This document shows, piece by piece, positions 1 through 11,959 of a stretch of 64,000 nt of DNA; positions within the stretch are counted from its first letter, which is position 1, and each line of letters begins with the position of its first letter. Under the pieces are notes generated by a model. That model had not been told where the DNA came from. It made no database searches and worked only from the letters and a program-made list of their open reading frames with translations. Source of the stretch: Eledone cirrhosa (taxonomy: Eukaryota); NCBI GenBank assembly GCA_964016885.1, contig OZ024761.1, positions 2,046,001 to 2,110,000 on the forward strand, in the 5' to 3' direction. A program made the position numbers and the translations under genes.

Positions 1-627
1 AGAGGTGTGCTGGATCTGGACTGACCTAGGGTTTAACATATTTGGTCAGAGGTGTGCTGGATCTGGACTGACCTAGGGTTTAACATATTTGATCAGAGGT
101 GTGCTGGATCTGGACTGACCTAGGGTTTAACATATTTGATCAGAGGTGTGCTGGATCTGGACTGACCTACGGTTTAACATATTTGGTCAGAGGTGTGCTG
201 GATCTGGACTGACCTAGGGTTTAACATATTTGATCAGAGGTGTGCTGGATCTGGACTGACCTAGGGTTTAACATATTTGATCAAAGGTGGGCTGGATCTG
301 GACTGACCTAGGGTTTAACATATTTGATTAGAGGTGTGCTGGATCAGGACTGACCTAGGGTTTAACATATTTGATTAGAGGTGTGCTGGATCTGGACTGA
401 CCTAGGGTTTAACATATTTGATTAGAGGTGTGCTGGATCAGGACTGACCTAGGGTTTAACATATTTGATCAGAGGTGTGCTGGATCTGGACTGACCTAGG
501 GTTTAACATATTTGATCAGAGGTGTGCTGGATCTGGACTGACCTAGGGTTTAACATATTTGATCAGAGGTGTGCTGGATCTGGACTGACCTAGGGTTTAA
601 CATATTTGATCAGAGGTGTGCTGGATC
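1..627. repeat. 47-bp tandem repeat, about 13 copies (continues off window)
   Basis: agaggtgtgctggatctggactgacctagggtttaacatatttgatc. Confidence 0.97.
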
Positions 628-675
628 CAGCAGAGAAGAAATGGAAAGTGGTAAAAGCTGGACAAGCAATAAGCT

Positions 676-835
676 GGGAGAGTATGGTCAAGTAAGGAGG
701 CTCAGTGACCTTCCATGTGGAGGATTGAGGGAGTATGGTCAAGTAAGGAGGTTCAGTAACCTTCCATGTGGAGGATTGAGGGAGTATGGCCAAGTAAGGA
801 GGTTCAGTGACCTTCCATGTGGAGGATTGAGGGAG
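676..835. repeat. 51-bp tandem repeat x3
   Basis: gggagtatggtcaagtaaggaggttcagtgaccttccatgtggaggattga. Confidence 0.92.
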
Positions 836-1835
836 AGGAGGAGAAGAAGTGGTAGACAAAGATGGGCGGACATCAAAGAATGGACAGAAAACTATTTAAC
901 AGGGATCCCAGATCTGGCACTCACCTGTGAAAACTGATCCATAAGATGTCCCCTGCTCCACATAAAAAAGGCGAGTGGGTAGGAGAACAAACCCAGATGG
1001 TACAATAAAATATCCTGGTTCAATACTCAGCCTGGCTACACTGAATTACTATCTGGAGACTTATTGGAGAAAGAATGTTGACTTAAACATTATTTCATAT
1101 CAACATATCCAAGACGAAGGGCATCTGCTTGTAAAATATTTCCTCAAAATGGTTAGGGTTAGGGCCCACAAGGCTGATCCCTGCTTTAGCAAAGAAAACA
1201 GCCACAGAAATCTTGAAAGAAGTTATGTAAACTGGTTCCTATGAGAGTTAAGTGCCCCTCCCTACTGATCACCGACCCCACATAATACACAGACTCTTAA
1301 CCATTCTGTTAATCTATCGACTCAATACACTTCATCAGCAGTTACCACCCTGTAGTCAGCAGATCCCTGGGGTTGGGGGCCCACCCACAAAGGTAATACT
1401 GGAAGGGTCCAAGACCTTGTGGAGTAAGATAGATCTTTCAAACGCCTAGGGTCTGAGGAAATCTTTCATTTAAATGAACAGGGGTCCATGGCAGCAAAAA
1501 GACTTGGGAGCCAGTGGTACATGTATGAGGCCATTGGTTAGATCTAATTTAATAATCATGATTATTAAATTAGATCCAACCATTTATAGACCCCCCCCCC
1601 ACACACACACACACATTGAAACACATGCACATACATACAGACATACACAGACACACAGACATAAACACACATTACCTAAATATAACTCCAACGGCAATGC
1701 TCCAGCATGGCCACAGACTACAGGCTGGGACAAGTAAAAAAAATATAAAAGCAGAAAGTACAACATAAAAAAACCAGTGGGTGAATTGAGTGTTGACCAA
1801 AGTAGAAACCAGATGAATCCAAAGTAGACCGGCTT

Positions 1836-2290
1836 GAACTGGTCTAAACTGGACAGAACTGAACTGGTCTAAACTGGTCAGAACTGAACTGGTCCAATCT
1901 GGTCAGAACTGAACTGGTGTAATCTGGTCAGAAATAAACTGGTCTAATCTGGTCAGAACTGAACTGGTTTAAACTGAACTGGTCTAATCTGGTCAGAACT
2001 GAAGTGGTCTAAACTGGTCAGAACTGAACTGGTCTAAACTGAACTGGTCTAATCTGGTCTGGTCTGAACTGGTCTAATCTGGTCAGAACTGAACTTGTTT
2101 AATCTGGTCAGAACTGAACTGGTTTAAACTGGTCAGAACTGAAAAGGTCTAATCTGGTCAGAAATGAACTGGTTTAATCTGGTCAGAACTGAACTGGTCT
2201 AAACTGGTCCGAAATGAACTGGTCTAAACTGGACAGAACTGAACTGGTCTAAACTGGACAGAACTGAACTGGTCTAATCTGGACAGAACC
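1836..2290. repeat. 25-bp tandem repeat built from 5/10-bp subunits
   Basis: gaactggtctaaactggtcagaact. Confidence 0.93.
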
Positions 2291-2689
2291 AGTTAAAGTA
2301 ACAACAAAAAATAATAATAAATAGGGTAAATAAATAAACAACTATAGAGATTAGATGAGGTCAAATGAAACAAGGTCAGGTCAAATGAAAGGAGGTCGGG
2401 TCAAAGGAGGGAGGTGGAGGGTTGAAGGTGTGACTGAAACAACATTGGTTGGGTCACAGGTGGCAACACTGCCCCCCTCCCATCTCATGTACACTGATTC
2501 CCTTTAAAGAGGAGCAGAATGGGTGACAATTGGGCACTCCCTGCTTCTACTGCTAAAGGTCAGAGACCATTGACCACTTCCTGCTCTCTTAATCACACTC
2601 CATTAAGGACAAACAGTGTGTCAGTGACCATAAGTGACCTTAGATGACAAGAGGGGGTGGTATGTCCAGTAATTGATCTTTTAAGTAAC

Positions 2690-3362
2690 CATAGATGTGG
2701 AGGGGGAGAGATATCCACCAATTGACTGTTAAGTGACCATAGATGGTGAGAGGGAGAGAGGTGTCCAGCTATTGGTCAGTTAGTGACCTAAGATGCCGTA
2801 AGGGAGAGAGAGAGAGAGAGATGTCCAGCTATTGGTCAGTTAGTGACCTAAGATGCCGTAAGGGAGAGAGAGAGAGAGGTGTCCAGCTATTGGTCAGTTA
2901 GTGACCTAAGATGCCGTAAGGGAGAGAGAGAGAGAGGTGTCCAGCTATTGGTCAGTTAGTGACCTAAGATGCCATAAGGGAGAGAGAGGTGTCCAGCTAT
3001 TGGTCAGTTAGTGACCTAAGATGCCGTAAGGGAGAGAGAAGTGTTCAGCTATTGGTCAGTTAGTGACCTAAGATGCCGTAAGGGAGAGAGAGGTGTCCAG
3101 CTATTGGTCAGTTAGTGACCTAAGATGCCGTAAGGGAGAGAGAGGTGTCCAGCTATTGGTCAGTTAGTGACCTAAGATGCCATAAGGGAGAGAGAGGTGT
3201 CCAGCTATTGGTCAGTTAGTGACCATAGATGGTGAGAGGGAGAGAGAGGTGTCCAGCTATTGGTCAGTTAGTGACCATAGATGGTGAGAGAGAGAGAGAG
3301 AGAGGTGTCCAGCTATTGGTCAGTTAGTGACCTAAGAGGCCGTAAGAGAGAGGTGCTCAGTC
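2690..3362. repeat. About 52-60-bp minisatellite with variable (GA)n, overlapping the PLEKHM2 stop codon
   Basis: ggtgtccagctattggtcagttagtgacctaagatgccgtaagg(ga)n. Confidence 0.93.
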
Positions 3363-3433
3363 AGTTGCTCCACACGCCGTTGACATTTCATTTTCAGCTG
3401 AAGATTGTCCAATTTGTTGATGGGAAGTTCAAT
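3332..3433 (-). CDS. PLEKHM2: PLEKHM2 terminal coding exon: IELPINKLDNLQLKMKCQRRVEQLTEHLSLTAS*
   Basis: pyrimidine tract plus cag acceptor; IELP corresponds to human VDLP; TAG at 3332-3334. Confidence 0.8.
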   Translation of the reverse strand: MELPINKLDNLQLKMKCQRRVEQLTEHLSLTAS

Positions 3434-3634
3434 CTGTAAGAGAGAGAAAGGGAAATGTGAGCCTGAGTGAGAGACATACATACACATATATACATAAGCA
3501 GAAGGGATATTCAATTTGTTGGTAATTCAACAAATATAAATGTTTATAACTGATTCAGAGTACTCAACAGATTTTCTGGAGTAAATATACAATGATATTA
3601 AATAAATGGAAACTATATTTATAAAACCATATTT

Positions 3635-3694
3635 ATTCTATTACATATATTTCAAGGGTACCAAAAACTTTGGTATGCTTTCATCAGATAAAAT
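3635..3694 (-). ncRNA. Type I hammerhead ribozyme motif
   Basis: Minus strand: attttat CTGATGA aagca-taccaaa-gtt-tttggta-ccctt GAAA tatatg TA atagaat. Confidence 0.8.
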
Positions 3695-3981
3695 ACAAAA
3701 TGTGTTTTATAAATTTTGACATAGCCAAGGAACATACCTTATCAGTTGAAGTATTCCTTGGATAGTGGATTTAAAATTGTTAGGATAAGTATGCTAATGA
3801 ATATGTAAATGAGGTTGAGGTATATGATTGAAAAACCGTTATTTTAGACGCTAGGGGAATTTAGATATATGTTTGTATTATTAGGAGAGAAAGAAAAAAA
3901 AAAGAAGACCACATATTTACGTTAATTTGGGGGAAGAAAAAAATTTGTATATTTACTTATATTATACTTATATGGAGAATT

Positions 3982-4320
3982 ATCATCATCATCATCATTT
4001 TACGTCCGCTTTTCCCTGCTTGCAAGGGTGTGACGGGAACTGATTCTGGCTTGATTTCTACAGCTGGATGCCCTTCCTAACACCAACCTCATTTATAGTG
4101 AGTGCTGGGTGCTTTTTTGCCGTAGCACCTCCACGACCACTTTGCAGTGGAATGATAGGGACCCCAGTCCCTATCATCTCATTTCTACAGCTGAGTAAAC
4201 TGGAGCAATGTGAAATAAAGTGTCTTGCTCAAGGAAACAACACATCACCCGGTCTGAGAATTGAACTCACAACCTTTCGATTGCAAGGTCAATGCTCTAA
4301 CCACTAAGCCATGTACCTCC
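3982..4320 (-). mobile_element. Same tRNA/RTE-tail SINE family (further copies about 8445-8712 +, 15965-16285 -)
   Basis: Reverse complement of 50283-50665 with an internal deletion. Confidence 0.85.
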
Positions 4321-4643
4321 AATTATGTTTGTAAGTATTTATCTTATTGAAATATTGTAGTAGGATATATGTATAAATATCTATATATATTAATAATTGC
4401 ATATGGATACGTATTAAAGAGATATCGATAATTTTCAGTTATTAGTTGTTTATAATATGAGTTATGAGGGATGTTGATTTTGTGTTTTATGTAAATAGGT
4501 AGTTCCAGTTTTAGGTAGTTGTTTATAATATGAGTTAGGAGGGATGTTAATTTTGTGTTTTATGTAAATAAATAGATTTGAATATTTTGTTCAGCATTGA
4601 GAATGTTTTATAATATTGTTAATTTATCATATATATATATATA

Positions 4644-5245
4644 TGGTGGCTGCCAACTCGTTTTCGAGTACGGCCACTACTTTATATCCATGTAGGAGAA
4701 CCCCTACCGATGCGCTGAACGAGTGTGACATTTTAGTCCAGCCAGCGACTTGAAAACTCTGGTACAAACACTACACTTGTGACAATTATTGACATATAGT
4801 TCTGGGCCCATGGTACCATGTGACGACAAGTGCAGAGAGATCTTCAGATATAAAGCAATGCTTGTGCCGTGAAGCTTTTATAGTGAGCAAAGGCACTGCA
4901 CAAAGCCAGTCCCACTCTCTTAACCAAGATGATATTTACCAAAAAGAAGAACAAGTCAACATCATTGGATACCATCAGAGTTGCAGGTTTTATATCAGAG
5001 TTTTCCTTCTCCTAGAATTCTGCCTTGACAAAGGCTAAGGGGTCATCTCTCCCGTTGATTTTGGATGGCCATTGACTCTTAAGAGGCCCTTTGACAGGTT
5101 TTCTTTTTAGTCCTGCAGGATGTCCAAAGTCACCCTCCTCTCCAAGAAACCTTGGTGGGGTTGCCAGTTTAGTCGCCAACGACTCGACCATGAGACAGGT
5201 TGTACTGGGATACATGTTACCAGTAGCACCAACTGGTGACCTGAC
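4644..5245 (-). mobile_element. Non-autonomous bipartite RTE-derived element (5' UTR-like part plus C2H2-encoding 3' end)
   Basis: Reverse complement of 46622-47183 and 47428-47915; (TA)n on both flanks. Confidence 0.75.
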
Positions 5246-5367
5246 ATATATATATATATTCACACACACATATATATATAAGTTATTCCGGGTTAAATCG
5301 GAGGTAACCACAGTAAGTAAGGTACTCAATACACAGCAGAGTATAAATGTTTAGAAACAGATAGAAA

Positions 5368-5418
5368 AGCTTCTACAGGACTAGAACTGTTTCATTCGTG
5401 AGAAATCATCAGGAGGCT
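5368..5418 (-). ncRNA. Type I hammerhead ribozyme motif
   Basis: Minus strand: agcctc CTGATGA t-ttc-tcac-gaa-t GAAA cag-ttctagtc-ctg TA gaagct. Confidence 0.78.
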
Positions 5419-5871
5419 GACTGTCCAAGTAAATGTGGTGGTATCTATATCTTTTCTTTTCTGGTGGTAGGAGAGGGTGGGGATTGGGCTGGGTGGAGGT
5501 GATTGGTTGATGGATTTAAAGAAAAGGGAATTCATTAAAAGCTAATTCTTTAAAGCTATAATATTAACAAATGTAGAAAGAATACTATAAACAAATTCAA
5601 ATTGGAATACCAATCCTTGTTTATCTCTTAAACTAATTATGCCTGTAAGACAGGTGTCTACAGGACAATTGGGTTCAATGGATTAAAGAAAAGGGAAATT
5701 CTTTAGAAGCTAATTCTTTAAGGCTGAAATAAGGGTGACAAAGGCAGAAAGGGTTCTAAGTGTTGGGGTGCTTCCCCTTATTGTGAAGTTTCACTTAATT
5801 TATATTCCAAGTGTCAACAAGCACATTCACACACTTGCCCACTTACACACACAACATACATATAAATACAT

Positions 5872-5937
<66 letters not shown>

Positions 5938-5939
5938 CA

Positions 5940-6865
5940 CTACTATAATAATAATAAAACAACCCTTGACTTATCAACAACCTTTTATTATTAAACACAA
6001 AAACTGGAAAAATATTCCCAAATGCAAATATGAACTGCAAAAGCATAAATCTAATTTACTGCATTAAATGCCTGAATTGTGAAGAACTATATGTCGGTCA
6101 AACTGGAAATGCACTATCGGAACATGCACGGGTGCACCGACAGCAAATCAGAGACCCAAATGTCCATCAGATACCCCTGAGTAACCATCTAGCAACATGT
6201 GGTCAGAAAATATTTATAATATTTCCATTCTACAAACAACACAGCCCAGGTGAAATCAAGAGAAAAATTAAAGAAAAGAATCTTATTGATAAATTCCAAT
6301 CCAAGCTAAATGAACAATAATAATGCTTAGGGGTATTACTTCTACTATGACTATGCCTACGACCATGTCGACTACCACCACTAACAACAACAACAATAAT
6401 AATGATAATGATGGTGATGAATTTTTTTATAAAAAACCTAGAAAATGCTATTTTCATCATTTCTAAAAGTAGCAAAACAATTGATGCTTTGGATAGGGTC
6501 AAATAGAAGTCGTTAGACATGCTCAACCAACCATGACGCCTAAACCAATCAGCTTTAGTAATCTAGTGAAACTACACACCGATTGCTCGAAATACAGTTT
6601 GCAAAACTTTGCATTCTGTAGCCCCATTTTACTGTATAAAGCACAGCATTTACCCATCTCATTACAGTTGAAAATTTCAAACTTGACTGTCACCACCGAA
6701 TATGAACCTGAAGATTGCGAAAGCATGAAAGTACTTGTTCAATTAACTCTTAACATTTAATATTCTACCATACTATTTCATTATAATATCATTATAATTT
6801 TAAAGATTGTAAATAAAACGAGTAAATCAGTCAAAGTTGGAATTCCTTTTATTAATATAATCTTC
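5940..6865 (+). mobile_element. Penelope-like 3' fragment (GIY-YIG endonuclease 6030-6320 plus 3' region with hammerhead)
   Basis: CKSINLIYCIKCLNCEELYVGQT..L..RVH GIY-YIG signature; downstream minimal hammerhead. Confidence 0.85.
6703..6741 (+). ncRNA. Minimal type I hammerhead ribozyme motif
   Basis: tgaac CTGAAGA t-tgc-gaaa-gca-t GAAA gtac TT gttca: stem I, core, stem II and palindromic minimal stem III. Confidence 0.85.
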
Positions 6866-6893
6866 TATACACAATCATACACACCCGTGTATA

Positions 6894-6938
<45 letters not shown>

Positions 6939-6944
6939 ATGTGT

Positions 6945-8242
6945 CATCATCATCATCATCGTTTAACGTCCATCTTCCACGCTAGCATGGGTTTGGACGG
7001 GAATTTTCCCACTTGAGGCAAGATTGGTTGTCTTGCTCGTATAGGACTGTCTGGCGGGTTTTCTACGGCTGGATGCCCTTCCTAACACCAACCACGTTTA
7101 CAGTGTGGACTGGGAGGTTTTTACCGTGTTACCTACATGGCCACATTACAGCGTGGACTGTGTGTTTTTTTTTTTGTTGTGACACCTACACAACTTCATT
7201 TATTTTGGACTGGATGTTGTGGTACCAACATAACTTTACATCGAAAGGGGTGGTGTGGATGGGGTGGAGGTAGTGGGACGGGTGTGTATTTTTGTTAAGA
7301 GGTGCCTACTGACTGTAGGTTTCGCTTTGTACTTAGGCAAGGCAGGACGTCTGTATTACTGTGTAGCGCCAAAGATCTCGGTCCAGTGACATTGTCTTGG
7401 AGAGGTCTAAGTGTGTGAGGTCGGAATTTATCAAGTCATCCCAGGTTTTTCTGGGTCTGCCTACTCCGTGGCTACCATCTATTTTTATCGCCCTGCACTT
7501 TTTTATACAGCTGTCGTCTTTCATGTGCATCACGTGACCATACCAACGTAGTCTTCTCTCGAGTAAACAACATCTGATTCTTCTTATTCCTAATTTCTCC
7601 TTTAGTTCGTTTATGCTTTGCCGTTCACGTATATTACTATTACACATCCAGCGGAGCATGCAAGCTCCGTTCCTCTCTAGTCTGCGTATATCCTCTGCAC
7701 ACAATGCCCAGGTCTCACTGCCATGCAACATTGCTGTTCGTAAGCAGGCATCATACAGCCTACCTTTCATTTTTAGAGAGAACACTTTAGCGGCCAATAG
7801 TGGTATAAGCTCTCTGAACTTTTTCCATCCAGTTCTGACTCTAGCTACTGTACTTTCAGAGCACCCTCCACCACTGCTGATTTTGTCACCCAGGTAACGG
7901 AATGTGTCCACTATTTCTATAGAACCATCTGTGCAATGGAATGAGCTAGTATTCTGTGGGCACTTGCTGCTACTTATTGCACCTGAGCACCGGCCACATA
8001 TAAAATCTATATTCTTAGTTAGCTTACCTGTGATCCCACTACATCTTTTATGCACCCATACTTTGCATTTGGGACATAAAATGGAGTTTCTGCCTACTCC
8101 TTTCCTACACACTGAGCATGGCCATTTCCCAGATGGGACCAGTGCCTTATTTTCCTTCCTACAAACTAGAACTTTAGTCTTAGACAGGTTAATTTTAAGG
8201 CCTTTTGATTCTAAACCATGCTTCCATGTTTGGAATTTCTTC

Positions 8243-8243
<1 letters not shown>
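6945..8243 (-). mobile_element. 5'-truncated copy of the same RTE family
   Basis: ORF 7333-8319 homologous to 37099-38181 C-terminal half; same 3' UTR and (GAT)n tail; 5' junction in (TA)n. Confidence 0.92.
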
Positions 8244-8285
<42 letters not shown>

Positions 8286-8789
8286 ATATATGCGTGTGTT
8301 GAATTTTTATTGCATGCATGTGTACGTATGTATGTGGGTTATGTACCTATGATATTTATCTATCTATATTTGTATGTATTTGTATGTGTATGTATGTGGA
8401 TGTGTGTATATATGTGTGTATATATACACACACATATAATGTGTTGTTTCCTTGAGCAACAAACTTTATTGAGATGATAGGACTGGGGTCCCTATCATTC
8501 CACTGCAAAGTGGTCGTGGAGGTGCCACGGCAAAAAAGCACCCAGCCCACACTGTAAAGTGAACGTGTAGGTGCCATGGAAAAAAAGCACCCAGCACTCA
8601 CTGTAAATGAGGTTGGTGTTAGGAAGGGCATCCAGCTGTAGAAATCAAGCCAGAATCAGTTCCCGTCCCACCCTTGCAAGCCTAGAAAAGCGGACGTAAA
8701 ATGATGATGATGATATATGTGTGTAAATATATTTATTTTTTTATATATATATACATATATATGTGTGTGTGTTTGTATGTGTGTATAGG

Positions 8790-8837
<48 letters not shown>

Positions 8838-8939
8838 TATATACATATCGTGTGTATTTATTTATTTTTACGTTGTTTGTATTTATATTCCCAATGGTTT
8901 GTACATATTGATATGTGCATGTATATATATATATGTGTA

Positions 8940-8972
<33 letters not shown>

Positions 8973-9248
8973 GCATGCATGTATATGTGTGTATGGATAT
9001 GTATGTGTTTATGTGTGTGTATATATATATATGTGCGCGTATGTAAAGAGCCTTTTGTGTTTGTATGTATGTATGTGTGTATGTGTGTGTATACATTTTT
9101 ATATGTGAGTGTGTATATGTTTATGTTCTGGATATTTATTTATATATTTTTTCCCCTAAACCCTTTTTGCCAGTTTTTTCAGCCTCACTTTCATATTTGC
9201 TAAATTTTGTTTTCAAATCTATATTTAATAAACACACCATGTTATTTA

Positions 9249-9310
9249 TTCATTCTGATGACTGAAGACAGATATAAATATCTGCCTTCAAGAAACCACT
9301 GGTAAATGAA
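9249..9310 (+). ncRNA. Type I hammerhead ribozyme motif
   Basis: ttcatt CTGATGA c-tgaagacagatat-aa-atatctgccttca-a GAAA ccactgg TA aatgaa; GUA cleavage triplet. Confidence 0.85.
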
Positions 9311-9661
9311 ATAATTATCTTATGTTGTTTATTACATAACTAATAAGCTCTGAAGCCTACATAGAGCACTCTTTTTTCCTGTACCTTTCTGACGGAAATA
9401 CTTCATTCATATATATATATGTATATACAAAATCAGTTCTGTATAAGCAAAGCATGGTCACCTGACCTAGCATTGCTCATAATAGAACAACCCATCTAAC
9501 CCATACTAGTGTGGAAGAATGGACATAAAACTGTGATGATGATGATATATAAGCAAAAATATATGAGAGAGAAAAGAAGACAAGGAATAAGATTTGTTGA
9601 TAAGAGTCTTGTTTTCTCCATATATTTCTGCTTATATCCTCTACATATTAACTTTTCTTAA

Positions 9662-9862
9662 CCCTTTAGCATTTAAACCGGCCACAATACCCTCACCTCT
9701 TTCGGTTCAAACTGGCCGTAACTGGCCACTCATGCTAAGGTTAAGGTATTGTTCTCAAAATAAATAATATGAAAATCTTATAGATTCAATATTATGTGAG
9801 ATATTATGCAAGATACTGCGAAAATACAATTATATATATAGAGTAATGTAAATGCTAAAGAG
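9662..9862. mobile_element. piggyBac-type MITE (TTAA target duplication); other copies at 11092-11296 and 58295-58487
   Basis: TTAA|CCCTTTAGCATTTA...TAAATGCTAAAGAG|TTAA; shared internal sequence among three copies. Confidence 0.85.
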
Positions 9863-10689
9863 TTAAATATTAATTCCACTTTAATATTTAATATTGCAAC
9901 TGTAGCAAGCAATGTAGCAATGTAGTAAGCAATGTAGCATTGCAACTGTAGCAAGCAATGGCACTATTCCCAAGCTGTGGAATAATTTGGTCGTACTTTG
10001 TCACTCGCCAGCCCTTGGCGGTGTATCAATACCAAAAGTCAACTTCAGCCCAACAGTTACTTCGCGCCTTTTTTTACTTCTTACCTATCAGTTGCGGCTT
10101 CCATTTTGTGGACACACTAAGTCACTAATTACGTTCCTGGTCGATACTAGCAAGGTGTAGCACTTAACAAGGAACTTTGGCCCTCTCAACAACTTTCTTT
10201 CTATATTTCACACACTTTGTTTTTGTTCAACTTAATCATTCGGCATGCAGCATTTCCCTCTTTTAGTGCTTGTATTATTGTATCAGAAGAAAATAAACCT
10301 TTGTTATTTCCTCACTGTGCTTTCTGATTTGATCCTTTCACGTGGACTAAAAACATAAGCACACAGCCTTACTTACATCTATATCTACCTTGAGGATCCT
10401 TTCCGCAACCAAAAATTCTATTTTAAAGATTTTTCTGCTAAACAACTTTAGGCATTGAGCACTTTGTTTAAAGTATCTAACATAATATATCATACTTCTC
10501 CTCTGTATTTACTATATATTACTTCGACTTTTGATATATATATATATTAACCCATGCTAGCGTGGAAGATAGATGTTAAACGATGATGATGATGATACAC
10601 ACAAATCCATATGCACACAAATGTACATACATGCACACAATGCACACAATGCACACACACATAACAATCAAGTGAGAGGTGTCAATTAC

Positions 10690-10809
10690 CTGAAATAGTT
10701 TTTTCCAACAATATGACAGTTTACTGAGGAATTTTGTCTTTTCTTTGTCAGAATTAAAATATAATATCCATTGTTCTGTGCTGATGCCATCTTCCTGGGA
10801 CTCAAACTC
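10690..10809 (-). CDS. PLEKHM2: PLEKHM2 exon: EFESQEDGISTEQWILYFNSDKEKTKFLSKLSYCWKKLFQ
   Basis: 120 nt, cag/GTAATT; matches human EFSQD...WVIYLS...LNSGWKTIYQ. Confidence 0.93.
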
Positions 10810-11419
10810 CTGTAATGAAACACACACGTAATACAGTAATTTACAGTGATGTATACATGATTTTTGTGAAGATGTGTTGCTTAGTGGTTAGAAAACTGAT
10901 TTTGCAATCATGGGGTTGCAGGTTAGATTCCCAGATGGAGCGATGCATTATGTCCTTGGGCAAGACACTTTATTTCATGTTTCTCTGCCAGAAGTTGTGA
11001 ATGGAATGACCAATGAAAACATTGTTTCTTTGGTCTGAAATAACGAGTTCTACCCCACGCAATGAGGTCTGGAATTTTGTTGATCATTTAACACTTTAGC
11101 ATTTAAACTGGCTGTATCCAGCCAGAATTCTCTCACCTCTTTCTGTTCAAACCAGCTATAACCAGCTGCTCATACTGATGTTAAGGTATTGTTCTCAAAA
11201 TAAATAATATCAAAATTTCATAGGTGAGATATGTGAGATAAAGCCTTTACCATGAAAATATAATAGTAAATATAGAGCAAGATAAATACTAAAGGGTTAA
11301 AACAAAAAAATAGATGATATGAAGGTGGAGAATTGGCAGAGTGGTTAGAAGGTTGACTAGAATACTCTATGTTCTGAGTTCAAATCCCACCACATTCAAC
11401 CTTTCAAAGTATTCTCTTC

Positions 11420-11660
11420 TTGTTCACCCACTTATTCCTGAGAGGGTCGTGGGGGCAGAGTCCTCAGACACTCCTTTGAGCGGGTCCTGTCAGAAGCAAC
11501 CATCTCCAACTGATCTGGCTGGATCTCCAAGCGTGACCAGCTAAGCTCATGGATGTTATCCAACCATCTTGCTCGGGGTCTACCCCTGGTTCTCTTGCCA
11601 GTTGGTTTTGTCCATAAAATCTGTCCAGAGATTCTTTCCTGAGACATTTTAACCACATGT
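11420..11660 (-). mobile_element. 3' fragment of another RTE-clade LINE
   Basis: PTGKRTRGRPRARWLD...LPPRP C-terminus typical of RTE ORFs. Confidence 0.7.
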
Positions 11661-11959
11661 TAATAAAGAAAATACCAACTCAATGCTAGTGTAGTCATCT
11701 CTCCTTCCAACCTGTCCTATCTCAATGTTCCTGAAAGGAGGGGGTGGGGCATTCAAAGGGTGGCTATGTCTGCATGTGACTATGTAGCCACCTAAAACAT
11801 TTAGAAAAAATGGTACATGTTGCCAAGTCATTCTTGATTGTACGTGATGGGCCTTGTTTTAGAAATACAGCGGTCACATCATGGATGTTGTGCTGGATTA
11901 AAAGAGGGACAGAAGAGGGAGATTAAGAATTCTCCAGTGGGGAGGATATCACCGAGGGG

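Noticed and set aside
1-627. Regular 47-bp, 58-bp and 43-bp arrays as possible CRISPR arrays
   Set aside because: Head-to-tail units with no unique spacers, no cas genes, eukaryotic context.
8205-9265. YIYI/VCVC-rich ORFs here and at 46.4-48.3 kb, 55.4-56.0 kb and 62.8-63.4 kb
   Set aside because: (TA)n/(TG)n microsatellite translations.
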